Assembly (NCBI GenBank): GCA_037386905.1
Contig: JARRLQ010000001.1
Location: 5,947-69,946, forward strand
Direction of reading: 5' to 3'
DNA length: 64,000 nucleotides
DNA from: Woeseiaceae bacterium
GTDB taxonomy: Bacteria > Pseudomonadota > Gammaproteobacteria > Steroidobacterales > Woeseiaceae
Part shown: positions 58,605-64,000 of the stretch, piece by piece
How the letters are laid out: each line of letters opens with the position of its first letter
Numbering within the stretch: the stretch's first letter is position 1
Translations under genes and position numbers: made by a program
Notes under the pieces: generated by a model
The model's input: the letters and a program-made list of their open reading frames with translations, nothing else
Databases searched by the model: none
Told to the model about the DNA's origin: nothing

Positions 58605-58772
58605 AAAAAAACCCCCACCGGAGGAATAAAAACAACAAAGTGGGAATTATGGTCTATAAACGCCCAGTAAACGCCTTTCTGGTGGACCCACAACCCGTTC
58701 GCCTGCGCTCATTGGCTTCGCCGCCATCTGCCCATACACTTGGTCGCTCGTGCGTTAGCGGCAGGGTGTGGG

Positions 58773-59867
58773 ATGAAAAGACGAGATTTTGTGGGCGGCC
58801 TGGCCGCAGCGGCGGGAGTTGCGGCATGCAGCAACGAGACCCGGGAATGCGCAGAGGGTGCAGGCGAATCAGCTCAGACGTTTGAGTGGTCGTGTGTCAC
58901 TTCGTGGCCACCAAAGTACCCGGGTCTCGGCATCGCGGTGGACAACCTGGCCGAGCGCGTCGAGAAAGCATCGAATGGCCGCCTGAAGATCAAGGTCTAC
59001 GGAGGCGGCGAGCTCGTCCCGGCGTTCGAGGCCTTCGACGCGGTCAGCCGCGGCACCGTGGAGATGGGGCATGACGCGTCCTACTACCACAAGGGCAAAG
59101 TCGCGGCGGCGCAGTTCTTCACTTCCGTCCCTTTCGGCATGAATGCCGCCGAGCTTGACGGCTGGCTCTATTATGGTGGCGGCCTCGAACTCTGGCGTGA
59201 GCTTTACGCGCCGTTCAACATCGTGCCATTTCCGTGCGGCAACACCGGCGTGCAAATGGGCGGCTGGTTCAATCGTGAAATCAATTCGGCCAGCGACCTC
59301 GACGGACTCAAGATTCGCATTCCCGGACTTGGCGGCGAGGTAATGCAACGTGCCGGCGCCACGCCCGTAACGATGCCCGGCTCCGAAATCTTCACATCGT
59401 TGCAGACGGGCACGATCGATGCTGCCGAGTGGGTTGGCGCATACAATGACATCGCGTTTGGTCTGCACAAGACGGCGAGTTACTACTACTACCCCGGCTG
59501 GCAGGAGCCGGGTGCGGGCCTCGAGCTCATGGTCAATACAGAGGCCTGGGCGTCTTTACCACCGGACCTGCAGAGCATCGTCGAGCTGGCGGCGCAGGCG
59601 ATCACGACAGACATGATGGCCGAATACACACACGGCAATGCACTGGCGCTGCAGCAGCTGACGGAAGACCCGAATGTCGATGTGCGGCCATTCCCGGACG
59701 ACGTCCTGAGCGTCCTCAAGCGCCACACCGAAGATATCGTTGCCGAGCTTTCCGGCTCCGACCCGATGTTCAGGAAGATCGCCGACTCCTACTACGCGTT
59801 TATCGAAAAATCGACTCACAGCCAGCGCGCCACCGAGGTCGCAAACCTGGCAACGCGTGACCTGTAA
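58773..59867 (+). CDS. TRAP transporter substrate-binding protein (DctP family) with twin-arginine signal
   Basis: MKRRDFVGGLAAAAGVAACS Tat-type signal and a DctP-like body (WPPKYPGLGIAVDNLAERVEKASNGRLKIKVYGGGELVP). Start at ATG 58773 inside the longer ORF. Confidence 0.85.
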   Translation: MKRRDFVGGLAAAAGVAACSNETRECAEGAGESAQTFEWSCVTSWPPKYPGLGIAVDNLAERVEKASNGRLKIKVYGGGELVPAFEAFDAVSRGTVEMGHDASYYHKGKVAAAQFFTSVPFGMNAAELDGWLYYGGGLELWRELYAPFNIVPFPCGNTGVQMGGWFNREINSASDLDGLKIRIPGLGGEVMQRAGATPVTMPGSEIFTSLQTGTIDAAEWVGAYNDIAFGLHKTASYYYYPGWQEPGAGLELMVNTEAWASLPPDLQSIVELAAQAITTDMMAEYTHGNALALQQLTEDPNVDVRPFPDDVLSVLKRHTEDIVAELSGSDPMFRKIADSYYAFIEKSTHSQRATEVANLATRDL

Positions 59868-61760
59868 ATGAATATCTTCAGGGGGAGACACTGCGCAGCG
59901 CTGCTGCTGGGAATTCTCGTTTGCTCTGGTGCGGCCGCGCAGGAGGAAGAAGAGGAGAAAATCGTTCCGGAGACGATCGACGAATTGCTCGCGGCAATCG
60001 GTGACGTGCTCGAGGAACACGAAACGCCCGGGGTCGCACTCGCCATCGTTGGCGAAGAGGGACCGGAATACATCGGTGCACTCGGCAAAGCCAATGTCGA
60101 GAACGACGTGGCAGCGGATGCCGATACGCTGTTTCGAATTGGTTCCACGTCGAAGATGTTCGTCGCGTTGTCGGTATTGCAGCTCGTCGAAGAGGGCCGC
60201 CTGTCCCTCGATGACAAGGTTGCCGATCTCGCGCCGGAGATCGAGTTCGAGAATCCGTGGGAAGACACCCACCCGGTACGGGTCGTACACCTGCTGGAGC
60301 ACACGACCGGCTGGGATGACATCCATTTGCCCGAGTATGCCCATAACGACCCGACGCCCGCGACGTTAAAGGAAGGGCTGGATTTCCATCCACACTCGCG
60401 CATATCACGCTGGGCGCCAGGGACACGCTCGTCCTACTGCAATGCGGGCCCGCCTGTCGCAGCGTACATAGTGCAAAAAATCACTGGCCAGGATTTCGAA
60501 GACTACGTACAGGAAAATTTCTTCGGCCCACTGCAGATGTCGGGCGCCACGTATCGCCGCAACGAAAGCGTGCAGGAGCGCGGTGCAACACTGTATGAAA
60601 ACGGTGAACCGGCCGATTACTGGCACATCATCATGCGGCCCTCGGGTGCGATCAATGCGTCTGCAAACGACATGGCCCGGTTTCTGCAACTGTTCCTCGG
60701 CAGGGGAACGGCAGGAGGCATCCAGTATGTATCGCCTGGGTCGCTGGAGCGCATGGAAACGGCACGGACGACTGACGGTGCGCGTGCCGGGCTCGAGATC
60801 GGCTACGGATTGAACAACTACACCTCGTCCCACGAACACTGGTATTACCAGGCACATAACGGCGGCGTGAACGGCGGGCTTACGGAATTTGCCTACATGC
60901 CGGAAGCGAACCGGGGTTATGCATTCATGATCAACGCGGATTCGGGCGCAGCGTTTGGCGACATCAGTGACCTGATCCGCAACTACCAGACAAAAGACCT
61001 TGCCAAACCCAGCATTGCAGAAGCCGCGCCGCTCACAGACGCCGACCGCAGCCTGGCTGGCCTTTACCACGCCATAGACCCGCGCCAGCAAGTCAGTTAT
61101 TTCCTCGATCGCGTGTTCGGCGTGGAGCGGTTCTGGTTCGAAGACGGCGAGCTACGACGCAAGGGCCTGCTCGGCGGCGACGTTATCGAATACCTGCCCG
61201 CCGGTGGCGGCAAATTCCGCTCTCCGGATACCGGGCGCATTGTTCTCGTACAAACGGATGACCCGCTCGCCGGGACCGTGTTACACGCGGGTGGCCAGGT
61301 CCTGAAACCGGTGTCTGCGCTCGTCGCGTTCGGCCAGCTTGCCATAGGGGCCCTCTGGTTCCTGGCGATCGCGACGTCATTGCTGTATCTCCTGGTGTGG
61401 GGCGTTCGCAAGCTGCGCGGCAAGATTCCGCCCGGTGCGAGCACGCGCATTCGTGTGTGGCCGCTGCTTGCGAGCGTGTTTGTTGTCGTGTTCATCGGCC
61501 TGTTTGCTTCCGGCATGGGCAGCGCGGGCAACATCTTCGTTACCCTCGGCCAGCCAACCGCGACGTCGATCGGCATCATGGCAGCAACGATCGCATTCGC
61601 CGCTTTCGCGATACTTGGCTTCTACACCGTGCTCAAAGAACGCAAGGCGAAGATGAACCGGGTCAACTATTGGTACAACGCTATCTGTGCAGGCCTGCAC
61701 CTGCTGGTCATGGTGTACCTTTTGAACTTCGGCGTGATCGGCATACAGACCTGGGCATAG
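59868..61760 (+). CDS. beta-lactamase-fold serine hydrolase (class C / PBP-like) with C-terminal multi-TM domain
   Basis: Signal peptide, S-x-x-K motif in [13 protein letters not shown], and a YxN-like YCNAG. The last 170 or so residues contain four or five hydrophobic helices. Its ATG directly follows the TAA of the TRAP SBP gene. Confidence 0.8.
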   Translation: MNIFRGRHCAALLLGILVCSGAAAQEEEEEKIVPETIDELLAAIGDVLEEHETPGVALAIVGEEGPEYIGALGKANVENDVAADADTLFRIGSTSKMFVALSVLQLVEEGRLSLDDKVADLAPEIEFENPWEDTHPVRVVHLLEHTTGWDDIHLPEYAHNDPTPATLKEGLDFHPHSRISRWAPGTRSSYCNAGPPVAAYIVQKITGQDFEDYVQENFFGPLQMSGATYRRNESVQERGATLYENGEPADYWHIIMRPSGAINASANDMARFLQLFLGRGTAGGIQYVSPGSLERMETARTTDGARAGLEIGYGLNNYTSSHEHWYYQAHNGGVNGGLTEFAYMPEANRGYAFMINADSGAAFGDISDLIRNYQTKDLAKPSIAEAAPLTDADRSLAGLYHAIDPRQQVSYFLDRVFGVERFWFEDGELRRKGLLGGDVIEYLPAGGGKFRSPDTGRIVLVQTDDPLAGTVLHAGGQVLKPVSALVAFGQLAIGALWFLAIATSLLYLLVWGVRKLRGKIPPGASTRIRVWPLLASVFVVVFIGLFASGMGSAGNIFVTLGQPTATSIGIMAATIAFAAFAILGFYTVLKERKAKMNRVNYWYNAICAGLHLLVMVYLLNFGVIGIQTWA

Positions 61761-61765
61761 AAAAT

Positions 61766-62965
61766 ATGGCAAAAACAATTCTCCAGAAAATCGTCTCGGG
61801 CAGCCTGGTGCTGCAGATATTGATTGGCATCGCACTTGCAACGGCGCTGTGGTTCATATCACCAACGTCTGCAGCATCAGTCGGTATTTTGGGGCGACTG
61901 TTCGTGTCCGCATTGATGGCTGTTGCACCGGTGCTGGTGCTGGTACTCGTGGCTTCGGCGATAGCGAATCGTCGCGTTAGCCATACGTCACAGTTGCGGC
62001 CGATCGTCGCGATGTACCTTGTCGGTACGATTGCGGCCGCATTGCTTGCAGTCGTCATGAGCAAACTGTTCCCAACCGAGCTGATACTGCAGATCGAAGG
62101 CGCCGACAGATCGGCGCCGCAGGGGATTATGGAGGTGCTTGGCAACCTATTGCTTCGGCTTGTCGATAACCCTCTGGACGCGATTATCAACGCCAATTTC
62201 ATCGGCATCCTGGTGTGGGGAGTGCTGCTCGGTGTGTTCCTGCACCACGCCGCGGAGTCCACGCGGCAGATGCTCGCGGACCTGGCCGACGCGATCACAC
62301 ACATCGTGCGCATCGTCATCCGCTTTGCACCGGTCGGAATATTCGGCCTCGTCGCAGGCAACCTGGCAACGGCCGGCGCAGAAGCGATTGGCGGTTATGT
62401 TCGAATCGTGACGATCCTGCTGAGCTGCATGGTGATTATGGCCCTGGTCATCAATCCGCTGATCGTGTGGGCGAAGACGCGGAGGAACCCGTACCGGATT
62501 GTGTTCGCTGCACTAAGCGGCAGCGCGGTGACGGCCTTCTTCACGCGCAGCTCGGCGGCCAACATTCCGGTCAACATGGCACTGTGCGAGCGCCTCGATC
62601 TCGAGAAAGATACTTACGCGGTTTCGATTCCTTTAGGTGCGACGATCAACATGGGCGGTGCGGCAATAACCATTACGACGCTTACGCTCGCCGCCGCGTA
62701 CACGCTCGGTATCACCGTCGATATGCCAACGGCTCTATTGCTCAGCGTGGTTGCGGCCCTGTCCGCTTGCGGCGCATCGGGTGTGCCCGGCGGGTCGCTA
62801 CTGTTGATTCCACTTGCCTGCGCGCTGTTCGGCATCCCGAATGACATTGCAATGCAAGTCGTCGCCGTCGGTTTCGTTATCAGCATCCTGCAGGACTCGG
62901 CCGAGACCGCGCTGAACAGTTCTACCGATGTCGTCTTTACGGCCGCGGTGGCGAGCAAGGAATAA
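61766..62965 (+). CDS. sstT: serine/threonine:sodium symporter SstT (DAACS family)
   Basis: [58 protein letters not shown], and [18 protein letters not shown] are near-collinear with enterobacterial SstT. Start at ATG 61766 inside the longer ORF. Confidence 0.9.
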   Translation: MAKTILQKIVSGSLVLQILIGIALATALWFISPTSAASVGILGRLFVSALMAVAPVLVLVLVASAIANRRVSHTSQLRPIVAMYLVGTIAAALLAVVMSKLFPTELILQIEGADRSAPQGIMEVLGNLLLRLVDNPLDAIINANFIGILVWGVLLGVFLHHAAESTRQMLADLADAITHIVRIVIRFAPVGIFGLVAGNLATAGAEAIGGYVRIVTILLSCMVIMALVINPLIVWAKTRRNPYRIVFAALSGSAVTAFFTRSSAANIPVNMALCERLDLEKDTYAVSIPLGATINMGGAAITITTLTLAAAYTLGITVDMPTALLLSVVAALSACGASGVPGGSLLLIPLACALFGIPNDIAMQVVAVGFVISILQDSAETALNSSTDVVFTAAVASKE

Positions 62966-62970
62966 CCAGA

Positions 62971-63048
62971 TTGGGGACAGTCGCTTAATATTTCATCCTG
63001 CACGTTTCACGAAGTTCGGACCCAAAGAAATATTAAGCGACTGTCCCC
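62971..63048. repeat. palindromic element, family A, second copy (21-bp perfect arms, 34-nt centre, opposite orientation)
   Basis: GGGGACAGTCGCTTAATATTT at 62973-62993 is the reverse complement of 63028-63048. The element fills the spacer between convergent sstT and dctM, and the dctM stop codon (63048-63050) overlaps the arm end. Confidence 0.9.
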
Positions 63049-64000
63049 TAACTACCGTAAATCTGCGCGGGCAGCCAGGTGACGAGTTCGGGGAACAGGG
63101 CGAGTAGCAACAGCGCGAAAATCTGTATAGCGACGAACGGGATAACGCCGCGGTAAATCTGCGGCGTTGTCACTTCCGGGGGCGCGACGCCGCGCAAATA
63201 AAACAGCGCAAACCCGAATGGCGGCGTCAGGAACGATGTCTGCAGGTTGATTGCAATCATGATGCCCAGCCAGACCGGGTCGAGGCCCATGGCAAGCAGT
63301 ACCGGACCGACGATCGGCACGACCACGAACGTGATCTCAATGAAGTCGAGCACGAAGCCGAGCAGGAACATGACCAGCATGACGACAACGACAGCGCCGA
63401 TCACGCCGCCAGGCAATGCTTCCAGCAATGACTGGACAGCATCGTCACCGCCAAAGCCGCGGAACACAAGCGAGAACACCGACGCTCCGACCAGGATAAG
63501 GAACACCATGCTGCTGATGCGCAGCGTGCTCTGCATCACTTCGCGGAGCCGCGGCAGGTCCAGCTGCTTGCGAGCGAGCGCCAGGAGCAGCGCACCCATT
63601 GCACCAACGCCGGCGGCTTCAGTCGGCGTCGCCAGTCCGGCGAGGATGGAGCCGAGGACCGCAAATATGAGTGCGAGCGGCGGCAGCAGGGCGCGCAGCA
63701 CCTGGCCGAAAGTCACGCTAGCGCCCGGATCCCTGACATGTGCCGGCATCGAGTTGGGTTTGATGATGGCAACGACGACGATATAGATGACATACAACAG
63801 CACGAGCAGCAGGCCCGGGATCATTGCGCCGGCGAACAGGTCGCCGACTGAGACCGTCTTCGGCGAGAACACGCCCATATCGGTCTGCGCCTGCTGGTAT
63901 GCGGAAGTCATGACGTCGCCGAGCATCACGAGAATGATCGATGGCGGAATGATTTGCCCGAGCGTGCCGGAGGCGCATATTGTTCCTGTGGAGATCTCGG
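63048..64000 (-). CDS. dctM: TRAP transporter large permease subunit DctM (partial, continues past the right edge)
   Basis: The frame stays open to the window edge (...GTLGQIIPPSIILVMLGDVMTS...). It is polytopic and has the typical DctM C-terminal half (FLTPPFGFALFYLRGVAP). Confidence 0.9.
   Translation of the reverse strand, partial: EISTGTICASGTLGQIIPPSIILVMLGDVMTSAYQQAQTDMGVFSPKTVSVGDLFAGAMIPGLLLVLLYVIYIVVVAIIKPNSMPAHVRDPGASVTFGQVLRALLPPLALIFAVLGSILAGLATPTEAAGVGAMGALLLALARKQLDLPRLREVMQSTLRISSMVFLILVGASVFSLVFRGFGGDDAVQSLLEALPGGVIGAVVVVMLVMFLLGFVLDFIEITFVVVPIVGPVLLAMGLDPVWLGIMIAINLQTSFLTPPFGFALFYLRGVAPPEVTTPQIYRGVIPFVAIQIFALLLLALFPELVTWLPAQIYGS

Noticed and set aside
48932-63048. 14-kb segment bounded by the two family-A palindromes as a composite mobile island
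   Set aside because: The interval contains core genes (tatABC, dtd, sstT) and no integrase, transposase or tRNA attachment site. The elements sit in ordinary convergent-gene spacers, so they look like dispersed REP/MITE-like repeats rather than island borders.

Overview
High-GC proteobacterial, probably gammaproteobacterial, chromosome segment centred on the replication-origin gene cluster: mnmE-yidC-rnpA-rpmH on the minus strand, diverging from dnaA-dnaN-recF-gyrB on the plus strand. Around it lie housekeeping blocks. These are mnmG fused to an Opp-like peptide ABC operon, glyQ-glyS-plsC, glnA-DUF4124-ntrB-ntrC, a rhodanese gene with secB-gpsA, envC-ctpA-yibQ, and tatABC-dtd. The window carries an unusually dense set of exported peptidases (S33, two M16, M13, M28, M2/ACE-like, S41, M23-like) and peptide or amino-acid transporters (Opp, POT, AbgT, SstT, TRAP). 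I found no rRNA, tRNA, CRISPR array, transposase, integrase or phage genes, so most of the window is ordinary core genome. The best candidate for something undescribed is a secreted protein at 48104-48931 made of six tandem two-disulfide Kazal-like protease-inhibitor modules with six different predicted P1 residues. It closes the envC-ctpA-yibQ run and abuts an orphan 797-aa HerA/FtsK-type ATPase. Other items worth a second look: two families of long palindromic intergenic repeats (GGGGACAGTCGCTTAATATTT and GGGGTCAGAGCCCTTTT); a DnaA-box plus AT-rich cluster between dnaA and dnaN as the likely oriC; a tightly coupled S33 peptidase - ABC-2 exporter - M16 pair operon; a GST-like gene broken by one in-frame TAG; and two conserved genes (gpsA, ntrB) whose conserved N-termini lie upstream of any canonical start codon. 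All calls rest on reading the translations and the DNA by eye. No database search was run.
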